Shown here piece after piece: positions 35,617 to 46,074 of a DNA stretch of 64,000 nt. Positions within the stretch are counted from its first letter, which is position 1; each line of letters starts with the position of its first letter. Location: the sequence record MZ475893.1; one strand, given 5' to 3'. The position numbers were made by a program, and so were the translations under genes. A model generated the notes under the pieces. The model did not search any database, was not told the DNA's origin, and worked only from the letters and a program-made list of their open reading frames with translations.

Positions 35617-38397
35617 TTACATATAATCCATAGTAATCATGTTCGTCATAGGGTCGTTCATGAATACTGGGATACCATCCAATGAATGTGCATTGCCTGG
35701 GCGACCTTGAGCAGGAACAGGACCTTGCTGAGGAGTAGCAGCACCTGTAACTTTAGCCGTATCTGTCGGTGCAGGAGGCGGCGCTACAGGCTCAGGCACT
35801 TCGGTACGAGCAACATCGCCTACAGATACTAGAGGCTGGTGATCGACTTCGGGCTGAGGTTGCTGCTTAGGCTCAATGCGTGATACTTGGTCCTGTACTT
35901 CTTTAGGCTGTAGCCCACCAGCTTGCTCATCGTTGACACGCTTACGCGCAGCAGGCAGTTCCTGGCTGTTAATGTCTTTACCTTGACCAGAAGCAACGAG
36001 GTCTTGCATCTTACGGTCGTAGTCTGCTTGAGACTGCTTAGGCGTGACAGCACCTTTGCCAGTCAAGTCTGGGACGTTTTTGTTTGCATCCACTTGCGTG
36101 TTCGCATAGTCCTCAGGCTTACCGGTGCCTTTCTTCAACTCAGGGAACTTCTCGGCAATGCGACGATCTTCATCGGACATATCTGTCAGCTTAGGCATCT
36201 TTACAGACTTATTTAGGTCTGCCTCAGATACTTTGAGCAACACGTCCTTTTCGTTTTGAGCACGGTTCGCTACTGATTGTTGCGTCTGTGCGGAACTCGA
36301 TTTGAAGTAACGATCGGTTGTCGCGGCTTTGTAGTCCTGAATGGTCTTAATCATATCCGCATCGGACATAGAGTTAACGTCTTTGCCTTTAAGAGCATTG
36401 GCAATAACGCTAGTACCAGCACCATACTGAACTGCCGTACTGTACATCAGCTCCTTGACACCAGCACCACGCTTCGTCAAGTCCACACCAACATCGTTCT
36501 GCACTTTAGCAGCAAGCGGTGCGTAGTGAGTACGCGTAATGTAATCACCCTGTGCTTTATCGAACTCTTCTCCTTGAGTGTTAGCAACGTCCTTATACAC
36601 AGAGTTGAACTGTGCTGTGCCAGGCGCAAGGCCACCGAAACGAGCAAGGAATGGTTTGCCTTCAGGACTGTTCAGGAAGTTAGTCATACTGCCTGTGTTG
36701 GTAGCAAGCTGGTGCTTACCGTAGCTTACACCACCAGCATCACCTGCGCCTGTAGACACAGTACCAACACCACGACCGCCTGATTCGAATTGCTCTGACA
36801 CTGAACCAAGACCGCCCTCAGCAATAGCCTTGTTAGCGATATCGGTTACTTGCTTGCTGTCCATACGACGAGAAGGCTGTGCACGGAACGGACCCTGATA
36901 CTGACCAGCACCAGAGCCAGGCATACCACCAGCAAGAGCACCTAAGTTAAACGGTACAACAACGGGCGCAGGAGTCTTAGACTTGTCCAAGTTCTCAAGC
37001 GTTGTGTCGTTGTATTCATCCATCTTCTCTTGGCGATCTTTCTCCCCATCAGCAATCATCTTGTCAGAGGTATCGGTAATCTTGTCAGACACGTACTCAC
37101 CAACAGAGCTACCGAAGTAGTCACCGAGGATGCCACCAATGGTTGCACCAAGAGCAGCGCCAGCAGCAGTTCCCGCTACAGGTACGACAGACCCCAATAT
37201 GCCACCAATCCAACCGCCAGCCACTGCGCCGATAGAGCCACCAGCAGTGCCACCAATGGCCGAGCCAGCAGCCTTCTTTTTAGCTCCAGCTTTCTCAGCA
37301 TCTGTCATGTCCTGATCAGCATCGATGTGTTGAACATCATTTGCGTATGAAAGGCCATTACCTAACGCTGGACCGATTACAGGGATGCGCTTAGAAGCAC
37401 CCATAAGCAGTGCGCTGGTTCCCGCAACTGCAACGTCCTGAACAGCGGAAGGTGCAGTCGGTGTCTTAGCAGCGACAGTCTGTGCAGCACTATCATCAGC
37501 TTGTGTTGTGTCTTGTTGTGCAACGGATGGATTAACAGCAGCAGGAACAATGTCAGGCTTGCCTGCACCTTCGTTGCTTGCGTTGTCATCAACAGAATCC
37601 GTGTCAGTCTTATCCTTGAGCCAGTTACCTACACCCAGACCAGCAGCGGCAGTAAGCGCAACAGCAGCAAACGATCCCCACTTACCGAGCTTACCCAGAC
37701 GAGGGAAGCGTTCACGCAGAGGTCTACGACGATTAGGCAAGTCACGACCAGGGCCACGACGTTCACCACGATTGCGGCCGTAGCGTCTGCCACGTCTGCG
37801 TCCTCTTCTGCGGTCTGGCCCATCAAGATCTATGCCTGGGCCGTCATCCGCTGGTGGTGGTCCATCGTCATTAGCAGACTTACCACCTTCGCCATTCTGT
37901 TGTCCATACGGGTCGGACTTGGCTTTGTTCTTAGCGCGGAATGCTTCTGACTTCTCCCACGCTAACCATTCTTCCAGTGCTTTCTGCGTCTTCTGATTGA
38001 CTAACGTACCGTCACGAATAGCATCAACGATTTCATCACTGGAGCGCTCGCCTGAGATGAACAGGTCTTCAAGCGCAGACTCAACCTGTTTAGGATTCGG
38101 CACGGTAGCACGCGGCGATGGGTCCTGACTCAGATTGATATTGATTGCACGTTCTTTCTCACGGGCAGCTTTACGCTCACGCACAGCACGGTTCTTAGCA
38201 CGCGAACCAGGTCCAACATAATACTCGTCTTCATCATCCACGAGATCATCGTCGTGCATGTTAAACGAGAAGTCAGGACCTTTCTTCCGCGCTTTGCGTC
38301 CTTTAGGCATACCCGCTACAAAGGAGCCTAAGCCATCAGCGTGCTCGATCATTAGTTCGAGTGCAGACAGCTCTTTCTCTTGAGGCTTAGCCATCAT
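35617..38397 (-). CDS. Tape measure protein with glycine zipper and VgrG3-like muramidase domain
   Basis: LGSVSEQFESGGRGVGTVSTGAGDAGGVSYGKHQL matches the VgrG3-C type peptidoglycan hydrolase pattern; AGSAIGG..GG glycine zipper; position after the tube genes. Confidence 0.75.
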   Translation of the reverse strand: MMAKPQEKELSALELMIEHADGLGSFVAGMPKGRKARKKGPDFSFNMHDDDLVDDEDEYYVGPGSRAKNRAVRERKAAREKERAININLSQDPSPRATVPNPKQVESALEDLFISGERSSDEIVDAIRDGTLVNQKTQKALEEWLAWEKSEAFRAKNKAKSDPYGQQNGEGGKSANDDGPPPADDGPGIDLDGPDRRRGRRRGRRYGRNRGERRGPGRDLPNRRRPLRERFPRLGKLGKWGSFAAVALTAAAGLGVGNWLKDKTDTDSVDDNASNEGAGKPDIVPAAVNPSVAQQDTTQADDSAAQTVAAKTPTAPSAVQDVAVAGTSALLMGASKRIPVIGPALGNGLSYANDVQHIDADQDMTDAEKAGAKKKAAGSAIGGTAGGSIGAVAGGWIGGILGSVVPVAGTAAGAALGATIGGILGDYFGSSVGEYVSDKITDTSDKMIADGEKDRQEKMDEYNDTTLENLDKSKTPAPVVVPFNLGALAGGMPGSGAGQYQGPFRAQPSRRMDSKQVTDIANKAIAEGGLGSVSEQFESGGRGVGTVSTGAGDAGGVSYGKHQLATNTGSMTNFLNSPEGKPFLARFGGLAPGTAQFNSVYKDVANTQGEEFDKAQGDYITRTHYAPLAAKVQNDVGVDLTKRGAGVKELMYSTAVQYGAGTSVIANALKGKDVNSMSDADMIKTIQDYKAATTDRYFKSSSAQTQQSVANRAQNEKDVLLKVSEADLNKSVKMPKLTDMSDEDRRIAEKFPELKKGTGKPEDYANTQVDANKNVPDLTGKGAVTPKQSQADYDRKMQDLVASGQGKDINSQELPAARKRVNDEQAGGLQPKEVQDQVSRIEPKQQPQPEVDHQPLVSVGDVARTEVPEPVAPPPAPTDTAKVTGAATPQQGPVPAQGRPGNAHSLDGIPVFMNDPMTNMITMDYM

Positions 38398-39233
38398 TTA
38401 CTCCTATTGCGCTTCGATTTCTCCAGCGCTCGGGCTTCTTCTGCTTTGTTCTTATCGTGAACGTAAGCACTATGCCAGTAGAGCAGTTTGTTTATATTGA
38501 TGTTGTCTGGCACGTAAATGTTCTTGGCCGAGGCAAGGTCCAACGTCATGTTGTTCATTGACGTATCGGAGTACACACGCAAGTAACCCAAGATATTGAT
38601 AGGGCTTTTGTGTTTGTACGTGCGGAAGCAGCGGTTACACTTGTGGGTTGTTTCCAACTCGCAGCTAATGTACTCGTAGCTTCCTGCGTTAAGCAGCTCG
38701 GCAGGGTCCGTGTACAGGATGGTGTCTTCCAGTGACAAATCGCTGTCCACATAAAGCGCATTCATTACCTGTGTGCGTTCATGCGTCTCTGCCAACAACT
38801 CGGCTTCAATCCAACGTTGCACTGTAGGGTGTCGAACACCAGCAGGTACATCATACCACTTGTGCTCGATGATGCGTTGCTTACTCACTTCCTCTGTGTT
38901 AAGCATATCACAAGGCACTTCAACAAACTTGCGGCCGCGTGGTCTATCGTAATGACGTTCACCACGCATATCGACAAAGAACGACTGCACACAGCGCCAC
39001 TCATACAGACGATGAGACTGAGGCCAACTGTTTCTGTCGAACATCGCAAGCATATAGCGGAAGTCTTCCAAATACATATCGCGGACACGCACGTTGGTGA
39101 AACGTTGCAGCGTATCGACAAAGAGGTCAGGCAGTTTATACTTCTGCGCGTTGTACAGGCTAGACATAGCATCAGCCGTCACCTGTTGAATACGCACATC
39201 GGTCCTGCCTGAGGGCAGATATATCTCTAACAT
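38394..39233 (-). CDS. Baseplate hub assembly / tail chaperone (T4 gp26/gp51-like), paralog 2
   Basis: Start reassigned to MLEIYLPSG (TAATG overlap at 39233); C-terminal CNRC; similar to the upstream paralog. Confidence 0.6.
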   Translation of the reverse strand: MLEIYLPSGRTDVRIQQVTADAMSSLYNAQKYKLPDLFVDTLQRFTNVRVRDMYLEDFRYMLAMFDRNSWPQSHRLYEWRCVQSFFVDMRGERHYDRPRGRKFVEVPCDMLNTEEVSKQRIIEHKWYDVPAGVRHPTVQRWIEAELLAETHERTQVMNALYVDSDLSLEDTILYTDPAELLNAGSYEYISCELETTHKCNRCFRTYKHKSPINILGYLRVYSDTSMNNMTLDLASAKNIYVPDNININKLLYWHSAYVHDKNKAEEARALEKSKRNRSK

Positions 39234-39916
39234 TAGCTGATAAAGATCTGAGGTGTCATTTCCCAGCGACGAGTCGAGTGACGGCCACAGGAAGGACACA
39301 GGAGTTCAATATCATTGAGCACACCATGACGAGAAGCAAGCACCCACTCGGACAATTCAGTCCACAGCTTGAGGTCTTGTTGATCTTCTAAGCGTGCCAT
39401 GTTGCGATCAAAGTTAGGACCAAGATGCGCTACGTGCCAGTTGAAAATATCTTCTGACGCGCGTTCGTAATCACGCATACGAGGCAGGTCGAAATGTTCA
39501 TGCTCAGCAGTCAGCACCGCGATTGTCATAGACGAATCATCGATGATACCCACGTTACGGCTGGCGCACGGGAAGGTGTTGATAACGCCTGCGTCCGTAC
39601 GTAATTCGTTGACGATACCATCAGAATATTCAAACAGGGGTTTCTTACACTGCCAGTATGTACGCAGCGGTACAACAGGCGACATGAACATGCGTTGCTG
39701 GAATACAAGTGCGTGCGCATCAGGTATTGTCAGCTCATCCAGACTGACGTTCAGGCAAGGAGCCAGAGCATCAAGCAGGATGTAGCGCATATCTTTTGTT
39801 TCAACTGCTTTAGCGATAGCACGGTTTTGTCTGCCGCTAAAGTGTGTCATCTCAAACGACTCAGGCAGGTTAGCCTTATAGCCGTGTGACGGTAAGCTCG
39901 CTGTTTGAATTTCCAT
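39233..39916 (-). CDS. Baseplate hub assembly / tail chaperone (T4 gp26/gp51-like), paralog 1
   Basis: Start reassigned to MEIQTASLPSHG (39916); LPS.G motif; C-terminal CPSCG. Confidence 0.6.
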   Translation of the reverse strand: MEIQTASLPSHGYKANLPESFEMTHFSGRQNRAIAKAVETKDMRYILLDALAPCLNVSLDELTIPDAHALVFQQRMFMSPVVPLRTYWQCKKPLFEYSDGIVNELRTDAGVINTFPCASRNVGIIDDSSMTIAVLTAEHEHFDLPRMRDYERASEDIFNWHVAHLGPNFDRNMARLEDQQDLKLWTELSEWVLASRHGVLNDIELLCPSCGRHSTRRWEMTPQIFIS

Positions 39917-39923
39917 AATGATC

Positions 39924-40439
39924 TCAACTAAATTCAGGGATTTGGGCATCAAGCTGCATTTGCACTGACCATACACCACGGCCGCCTGTGCCGTTAAGTT
40001 GTATGCCTTGCCCACCCACTGGCCAACAGTTACGAAGCTGCATAGCGGCAACCATTTTTCCTTGGTTGTCGTACAGTTCAATGAACATATTCTTTTTATA
40101 AGCGGACGGTAAACGCATACCGCCTGTGTACGGATTCTGAATCAGGTTCTGCCACGCTGTGAAATATTTCATTACAGCAAGACGTTGGTCGACACCGAAC
40201 ATCAGATTGAATCCGTCAATGCTGGAACCATGTGGCCAGTTGATTGCTACAGAGGCCACTTCTTTTGATTTAGACTGAAAGACAGAGAACGGCAAATCGA
40301 CTTCTTCACACGCAAAAGGACTGAGTGACACACCGCCCATTGTAGGAAACTCACGGATGCGCCACTTGTCCAGCATGAAGGGATCGTCTAAGCCAGGTGC
40401 AGATGTGTCTTGCAGGTCAGCAAGCGTCGGCAGCGGCAT
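39924..40439 (-). CDS. Tail tube-like protein (gp19/gp54 fold)
   Basis: YFTAWQNLI...YKKNMFIELYD..G.......L.NCWP is a tube-family signature. Confidence 0.75.
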   Translation of the reverse strand: MPLPTLADLQDTSAPGLDDPFMLDKWRIREFPTMGGVSLSPFACEEVDLPFSVFQSKSKEVASVAINWPHGSSIDGFNLMFGVDQRLAVMKYFTAWQNLIQNPYTGGMRLPSAYKKNMFIELYDNQGKMVAAMQLRNCWPVGGQGIQLNGTGGRGVWSVQMQLDAQIPEFS

Positions 40440-40441
40440 GA

Positions 40442-41119
40442 TCAGTCCTCTACAATAATAAGCACAGGTCTAACAGCATCATCGAACTTGATGAACGCAG
40501 CGCCAACAAGATAGCCACCCTTCTCTACTTGTTTCACGACAGCCTTTTCAAGATCTGTTTCCCACTTATCGCGCTGTGCGGGTTTGTAAGAAGCAAACGT
40601 CTCAGAAGCATCGTAGTAGTTATAGGTACCACCAGTAGGCATTGGGATACGTGCAAGGAACTCTAAGCGACTACAGTTCTTGAACGGGGTCTTGCGTAGC
40701 TCTTGCGTCAGCTTGGTGTTCTCTGATTTAGAGCCAGGCACAGCGGTGAATACTTTCTTAGGCTGAGGCTCACGAGGAGCAGCAGGCATCTTCTCACGCG
40801 CTGGCGTATTCTTGTCGCTGGCTTTCTTAACACGAATACCAGAAACAGTCCCTGTGAATGGACGACTGCGACCAAGCAACGAACGTGCGGCCGTAGCGTC
40901 AACAACAAACACAACAGACGGGTCATCGCGATGCAGCACATAGAACTTGTTACGTGCAGCGGCCTTGATACCGAATACGTCTTTGTCCTCAATATCCGCT
41001 TCGTGTTCTTTGTTCTCGATACTGACCTTGCGCTTACCTTCAAAGCGATACCAGTCGCAGTCATTGATAGACACGATAGGTGTTTTGCGTGAAGCACTCT
41101 CGCTCAGAAAAATAAGCAT
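40442..41119 (-). CDS. Probable head protein of the paralog-domain family
   Basis: GGAG RBS; N-terminal FLSESAS then the shared ~65-aa domain. Confidence 0.7.
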   Translation of the reverse strand: MLIFLSESASRKTPIVSINDCDWYRFEGKRKVSIENKEHEADIEDKDVFGIKAAARNKFYVLHRDDPSVVFVVDATAARSLLGRSRPFTGTVSGIRVKKASDKNTPAREKMPAAPREPQPKKVFTAVPGSKSENTKLTQELRKTPFKNCSRLEFLARIPMPTGGTYNYYDASETFASYKPAQRDKWETDLEKAVVKQVEKGGYLVGAAFIKFDDAVRPVLIIVED

Positions 41120-41139
41120 GGTATCTCCAGGAAACGAGA

Positions 41140-41162
41140 AAGGGCCAAAACATCTGGCCCTT
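41140..41162 (-). terminator. Hairpin after the tail tube gene
   Basis: AAGGGCCA-7 nt-TGGCCCTT followed by TCTCGTTT. Confidence 0.6.
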
Positions 41163-41167
41163 AGTTG

Positions 41168-41680
41168 TTACGATGCGAGTTCAACGTAGTCGAAGGACCA
41201 TTCGATTGAGATCGGTACAGCCTGTGCAGCGCCAGAGAAGCTCAGGTCAGGAACCTGCTTCGGCCACACACCGAACACGTTGTATTCTGCAACCACAGAA
41301 CCATCCATATCAAAGATACGGAAGATAGCTTTGGTTGAGTAGTCCGCTTTCTTCGCGCCCAACTGAGTCTGCGTAGCACGAACGAGTTCATGCCATGCTT
41401 CCAGTTGTTTGTACACAGCCATCTCTGAGTTCTCATTGTACTCAGTGGAGATTGTGTGCGAGAAGGTTTTACGACCCGCGTAGTTAAGCTGGTGGCCGAA
41501 CGCTTCTTTCAATACTTCTTCCAGCGTTGAACCAGGCTTAACGCCAGTCTTACAGAAGATACGCAGAGTACGCGCATAGTCTGTACCACCAACTGGCGGG
41601 TTCGGAATCAGGAACTCGAAGTTGTCATCGAGTAACGGATCGAGCGTAGACGAAAATTCGTCAAGAGTTACCTTTGGCAT
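41168..41680 (-). CDS. Major tail tube protein (T4 gp19-like)
   Basis: Follows the sheath; YAGRKTF...E.....YKQLEAWHE...K.DY......FDMDG.....Y...GVWP..V. Confidence 0.85.
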   Translation of the reverse strand: MPKVTLDEFSSTLDPLLDDNFEFLIPNPPVGGTDYARTLRIFCKTGVKPGSTLEEVLKEAFGHQLNYAGRKTFSHTISTEYNENSEMAVYKQLEAWHELVRATQTQLGAKKADYSTKAIFRIFDMDGSVVAEYNVFGVWPKQVPDLSFSGAAQAVPISIEWSFDYVELAS

Positions 41681-41690
41681 CTAAAGCTCC

Positions 41691-43376
41691 TTAGATTGCG
41701 CCAGACTGGATGAGTTGCAGCGCGTACTGGATATCGCCAACAGGTGGCACGATAGCAGTTACGTGAATGCGTTTAGTGTAGCGAGTCGGGTCAAGGAAAA
41801 TATCGATGATCAGATCGCCACGCGCTTCGTCTTCTGCGGTGTTGTTGGTATAGTCACAAGTAACTGCATACCAGCGCAAACCACGACCGGTCTTAATCGG
41901 TTCGAGGATTGCTTCCATCGCAGACTTCTGGCGCTGCTTCAGGATGTCATCGTTCGGCTCAAACACGGCGCTAAGGTTGTTAGCACGCGCAGATGCATGA
42001 AGCATCGCAAGCAGACGACGTACACCGATATCCTGAAGAGGAGACTTCGTGGTGTAAGTGGTATCAGCACCCCACATGAAGATGCCTTCACCTTCGAAGA
42101 TAGCAATCGGGTTGATTTGGTTCTCAACCAGAATATCGCGATCCCCGAGTTTGAAGCGATAGCGCACGTCAGTAGCGAAGTCCAGTTTACCACGTTGCAG
42201 ACCGCCAGGAGCAAGCCATGAAGCAACTTGGTCAGCAGTCAACATGCAGTAAGCAGAACACACAGACGCAGGCACATAGAAGTCGCGTGCGTTGTCGTTG
42301 TCGCGTGCTTTAACATCGGAGTTAGCCAGAGAAGACCAAGAACCCGTGATAGAGAACTCAGCGTTCTGGTACTCTTTGTTACCACGACGATACGCAACAG
42401 CGTTGTCACGACCTTGCAGCAGCACAGGGATGCCGTGCGTTGCAATACAGTCCATGCGAGACTCGGCCAGAGTGTCAATCTTGTTGGCAATCACTGGATG
42501 CTCAAGACCACCGGAGCACAGGATGCCAGCTTGAATGTCTTCCCAATCGCGGTAGTTATCCCACGCACTGACAACAGCAGACAGACTCTGGTTCGCTATA
42601 GTTGCATCGGAGTGATCGACGTCAATAACAGCACCATCAGAACCGCCAGTAAACTGACCGTTAACTGCATCAGGGTCCGTAGGATCAGCTGGCCCACCAC
42701 CGATAGCATTGATGACCACATAGTTTGGGTCCTCCAGCAATTTGTAGTGATCGGTATTCAGCTTGACACGGATATATTTGGACGCTGTGTTGATAACGTC
42801 TTCAATATAGAACTGATTGCCAGCTTCGTCTTTGTAGTAACGAGTAGTCACCACGTGGGTTTCGAGTGCTGTCAGGTAACCTGTCTGATACACTTTGATG
42901 ATGGACTTAATGCCCAGTGCATCAGTCACGTCAGGTTCAAACGTGATGTACAGGTTGTTCGCCGCTGCATACTGAGACAAGGAATAAATCAGGCAAATGT
43001 CGCGGGTAGAGAAAGCGACTTGCTCTGGGTCATCTAATCCAGCATCACCCAGAGGGCGGCAGGTGGCGAAGTTGTTATAAGTTGTGAGGAACACACCTGC
43101 GTACTTAACAGAGAGAGCAACACGCGTAATGTTCAGCTTGGTCGCCTTCGTCATCAGAATCTTAGCGATCTGAACGTTGTTGGCATACTGACCGGTCGCT
43201 GGACCAAACAGGGCATCAATCTCGTCTTTGCTTGTCACAGTTGTGTTAACGCCAACAGGACCTCGTGGGAACGGCAGCACAAGAGTACACATGCCAAAAG
43301 TGACAAGTGACGCTTGGTTACTGCGGTCGTTCTCCATCGAGTAAACCCCAGGAGAGGGGTGATTCGGAATTAACAT
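41691..43376 (-). CDS. Tail sheath protein
   Basis: PSPGVYSME, WLAPGG..RG, NQINPI..F.GEGI..WG..T, VRRLL, FEPND...R sheath motifs. Confidence 0.93.
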   Translation of the reverse strand: MLIPNHPSPGVYSMENDRSNQASLVTFGMCTLVLPFPRGPVGVNTTVTSKDEIDALFGPATGQYANNVQIAKILMTKATKLNITRVALSVKYAGVFLTTYNNFATCRPLGDAGLDDPEQVAFSTRDICLIYSLSQYAAANNLYITFEPDVTDALGIKSIIKVYQTGYLTALETHVVTTRYYKDEAGNQFYIEDVINTASKYIRVKLNTDHYKLLEDPNYVVINAIGGGPADPTDPDAVNGQFTGGSDGAVIDVDHSDATIANQSLSAVVSAWDNYRDWEDIQAGILCSGGLEHPVIANKIDTLAESRMDCIATHGIPVLLQGRDNAVAYRRGNKEYQNAEFSITGSWSSLANSDVKARDNDNARDFYVPASVCSAYCMLTADQVASWLAPGGLQRGKLDFATDVRYRFKLGDRDILVENQINPIAIFEGEGIFMWGADTTYTTKSPLQDIGVRRLLAMLHASARANNLSAVFEPNDDILKQRQKSAMEAILEPIKTGRGLRWYAVTCDYTNNTAEDEARGDLIIDIFLDPTRYTKRIHVTAIVPPVGDIQYALQLIQSGAI

Positions 43377-43418
43377 CGTGAATCTCCATAAGAGAGGGTA
43401 TCGTGCAACGACTGGTGT

Positions 43419-43426
43419 AAATTAGC
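43419..43426 (-). promoter_or_regulatory. Candidate late promoter motif GCTAATTT
   Basis: 43 nt upstream of the sheath start. Confidence 0.55.
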
Positions 43427-43432
43427 GTGTTG

Positions 43433-43777
43433 TCAGTAGCAAATCACATTAACACGCTGATCAACGTCACTTACCAGAACACTTTTATCCATAGAGCCAG
43501 TAAGAGTAAACTGACCTTCGATAATCATCTGGCCACCAGCGAATTGCAGAATAATAGGCTCGGCAGTATCGATATACAACAGGCCTACGATAGCAGGCAG
43601 TTGATATCCAGTAGGTCCTACGATAACAGACTGCATCTGATACAATCCATCGAGAGGTACGCCCACAGCATGAGACTGACGCTTGAGCACTTCGTTCTGA
43701 TTAGAAGTAACTGAACGCACACGGCTGTCAACGACTAGCGTACGGTCGAGCTTACGATACTTTTGGCGCGTATACAT
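43433..43777 (-). CDS. Hypothetical structural protein
   Basis: 114 aa, TAATG coupling to the upstream gene. Confidence 0.6.
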   Translation of the reverse strand: MYTRQKYRKLDRTLVVDSRVRSVTSNQNEVLKRQSHAVGVPLDGLYQMQSVIVGPTGYQLPAIVGLLYIDTAEPIILQFAGGQMIIEGQFTLTGSMDKSVLVSDVDQRVNVICY

Positions 43778-44448
43778 TACTCTTCCTCTTCGTCGTCAGG
43801 CAATCCCAAGTCCATATCGATCTCAACGTTCTCGGAGACTTCACCGTAGTTGTTGATTTTCGCTTGTTCGAGGTTAAAGCCAATCTTTGTTTTAATCGAG
43901 AACGGGATCTCAAGTTCAAAGCTGCCCGGCGTTGAGCCTTCATCAAGGTTATCGATGGTGGGCATTGGGATGCTGTCACCGTCAAGCAACACACGCACAG
44001 TCCATGCTGACGTAGGCATCTCAATCTTAAAGCTGAGCAGTTCGGTGATGGATGCGATCAACAGTTGCTGCGTGAACAACAGCGCTTGGTCGATATCCAT
44101 GAACTTGACATAGAAGCTACCACTAAGCGTAACAGGAAAGTAGTAGTTAGTGACGACGATGGCATTGGTATCGTCTTGACCCATTGCCCAACCAGAACCA
44201 AAGCGAGCAACAGTCTTAGGGTTGGCCATCAGTTCACGGTCGAATGTGATGTTGGACAACTTGAACCAACCGTAAGGATATTCTGTACTCTGATTGTTGT
44301 TAGCACGAATACCTTGCTTAGGGTTGTTGTGTACAGACCACACAAAGCGCTTTAGACCAAAGCCTCGGCATAGTTGTCGTTGTACTCCGAAAATCGAGGT
44401 GCGCAATGAAGTAGAGTTCTTCATCAGACCTGTAATGTTTACCGTCAT
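43777..44448 (-). CDS. Putative tail terminator / neck protein
   Basis: Position between the capsid and sheath genes; beta-rich with YP.GW..L motif; function inferred from synteny. Confidence 0.55.
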   Translation of the reverse strand: MTVNITGLMKNSTSLRTSIFGVQRQLCRGFGLKRFVWSVHNNPKQGIRANNNQSTEYPYGWFKLSNITFDRELMANPKTVARFGSGWAMGQDDTNAIVVTNYYFPVTLSGSFYVKFMDIDQALLFTQQLLIASITELLSFKIEMPTSAWTVRVLLDGDSIPMPTIDNLDEGSTPGSFELEIPFSIKTKIGFNLEQAKINNYGEVSENVEIDMDLGLPDDEEEE

Positions 44449-44467
44449 TTGTGGTACCCCAGATACG

Positions 44468-44494
44468 AAAAAGGGCAGCCGAAGCCACCCTTTT
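44468..44494 (-). terminator. Intrinsic terminator ending the capsid operon
   Basis: Minus strand AAAAGGGTGGC-TTCG-GCTGCCCTTTTT. Confidence 0.85.
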
Positions 44495-44513
44495 GGTTAC
44501 CCGTAATCGGGTG

Positions 44514-44918
44514 CTAGTCGAGACGCAAGCGAATCAGCGAGCTAGACTCAGAATCAACAACGGTAACGTCATCTTCATCGTCCAGGTCTTCTTCGTCTTC
44601 AACATCATCCGCAGAATCATCTTCGGAGGTATTGAGACTAACTACTTCATCGTCATACAACGACTCGGCTCTTTCTTCCTCGGCAGTAAGCGCTAAGGCC
44701 GCAGACAGAGCAGTAACCGAATCAGCCATGCTTGACGCACTACTCACGGAGTTAACGAGGCAGTTAGCTTCGAAGTTATCAGTGAGTTCGCATTCAAGGA
44801 ACTGATCAGCATCTGGCGCAACAGCAGCTTGAGTTAACAAGCGTGCTACGTCCAACCACTGTCCGTCACGCGCGGCGACAATTGCCAGTGCAGCTAAGGA
44901 ACCAGATAAGGTCTTCAT
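44514..44918 (-). CDS. Small acidic head-associated protein
   Basis: GAGGA RBS; D/E-rich C-terminus ending VDSESSSLIRLRLD. Confidence 0.7.
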   Translation of the reverse strand: MKTLSGSLAALAIVAARDGQWLDVARLLTQAAVAPDADQFLECELTDNFEANCLVNSVSSASSMADSVTALSAALALTAEEERAESLYDDEVVSLNTSEDDSADDVEDEEDLDDEDDVTVVDSESSSLIRLRLD

Positions 44919-44973
44919 GTTTGGTCCTCAGTGAAGAGGGCAGCTTATGCCACCCTCAGATTGCACAACAATG

Positions 44974-46074
44974 TTAGCCGCGAACTGCTTTGGCAACGGA
45001 ACGCACGTTCGCCAGAGTGAAGGAGAAGGTGCTTGACAGCAACCAGCCGCGGTCAGTGTTGCCCTGGTTAGCACCAGAGGTAGGAGTAGACTGCGTACCG
45101 CCACGAGTGGTGTACACTGCATGGTAGTCCTGGTCAGCCAGAACATACAGCTCGCCCTGTTTCAGAACGATGTGCTCTGGAGCACGCATACCATCGGTAA
45201 CCAGCTCCATACCCAGCAGGGTACCCAGACGACCGGTGATCAGCAAATCATACTTAGACACTGGGTCCAGAGCAGAAGAGAACTGATCGTTACCGATAAT
45301 GTCGTTCCAGTAGTCCCACGCCATCACGGCGGTAGAGGTCGGCAGCGGCCATGAAGCAACGCTGTTTTTCAGGGTAGACAGCAGACGCGGAGTCAGGTCA
45401 CCGTGAACGTAGGTGATCGGGTTAGCGATACCAACAGCTTCGTCACACGCTTGTTTCCACAGACGGTCTTCTGCAACCATGATAGAAGACAGGCCGTCTT
45501 GCTGCGCACGGTCCAGCAGGTCGCCGTTGATCTGGTCCAGATCCATTTTGCTTACGCGGATGTTGGATTTCAGTTCGAACTCAGCCGGCTGGTAGGTACG
45601 GCCGCGGAACTGGCGGTAACCGAAATCGGTAGGACCAGTTGCGATGATTGCTTCTGCCTGGTGAATTTTCAGTTCGATACGAGCAATGTCGCCCTGACGA
45701 ACGGTAGCACCCTTACAGACTTTGCGCAGCAGACCAGCACGCTCAGCACGGTCTTCGATAGATGCAACGATAGAAGCACCCAGCGAGTCCCACTTAGCGC
45801 CAGAGGTATCAGCAGCAGCTTCGGCGAACAGCTCAATCTTCTCAGCTTCTGACAGACCGTTAGAAGCGTTAGACTGTGAATGAACCAGCTCACCATTTTG
45901 GAACGCGTTAGCCAGACGGCTGATCTGAGAGATCAGGTCTTTCTGGCTTGATGCGTTAATCTCACCAGTGCTTTGGCTCAGAGCTAATTCATTGCTCTTG
46001 CCGAAACGCAGGTCTTCAATCGGGGCGCCATTACGCAGAGTTACTTTCGCGCCGCGCATTAAGGAATTAGTCAT
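44974..46074 (-). CDS. Major capsid protein (HK97 fold)
   Basis: 366 aa, highly biased codons, AGGAG RBS, after scaffold and decoration genes; MVAEDRLW, GRLGTLLGMELVTD pattern. Confidence 0.75.
   Translation of the reverse strand: MTNSLMRGAKVTLRNGAPIEDLRFGKSNELALSQSTGEINASSQKDLISQISRLANAFQNGELVHSQSNASNGLSEAEKIELFAEAAADTSGAKWDSLGASIVASIEDRAERAGLLRKVCKGATVRQGDIARIELKIHQAEAIIATGPTDFGYRQFRGRTYQPAEFELKSNIRVSKMDLDQINGDLLDRAQQDGLSSIMVAEDRLWKQACDEAVGIANPITYVHGDLTPRLLSTLKNSVASWPLPTSTAVMAWDYWNDIIGNDQFSSALDPVSKYDLLITGRLGTLLGMELVTDGMRAPEHIVLKQGELYVLADQDYHAVYTTRGGTQSTPTSGANQGNTDRGWLLSSTFSFTLANVRSVAKAVRG

Noticed and set aside
38394-40081. Overlapping ORFs before the tape measure, suggesting a G/GT-type programmed frameshift
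   Set aside because: The overlaps disappear with the downstream starts (39916, 39233; TAATG coupling), and I saw no slippery heptamer at the junction.
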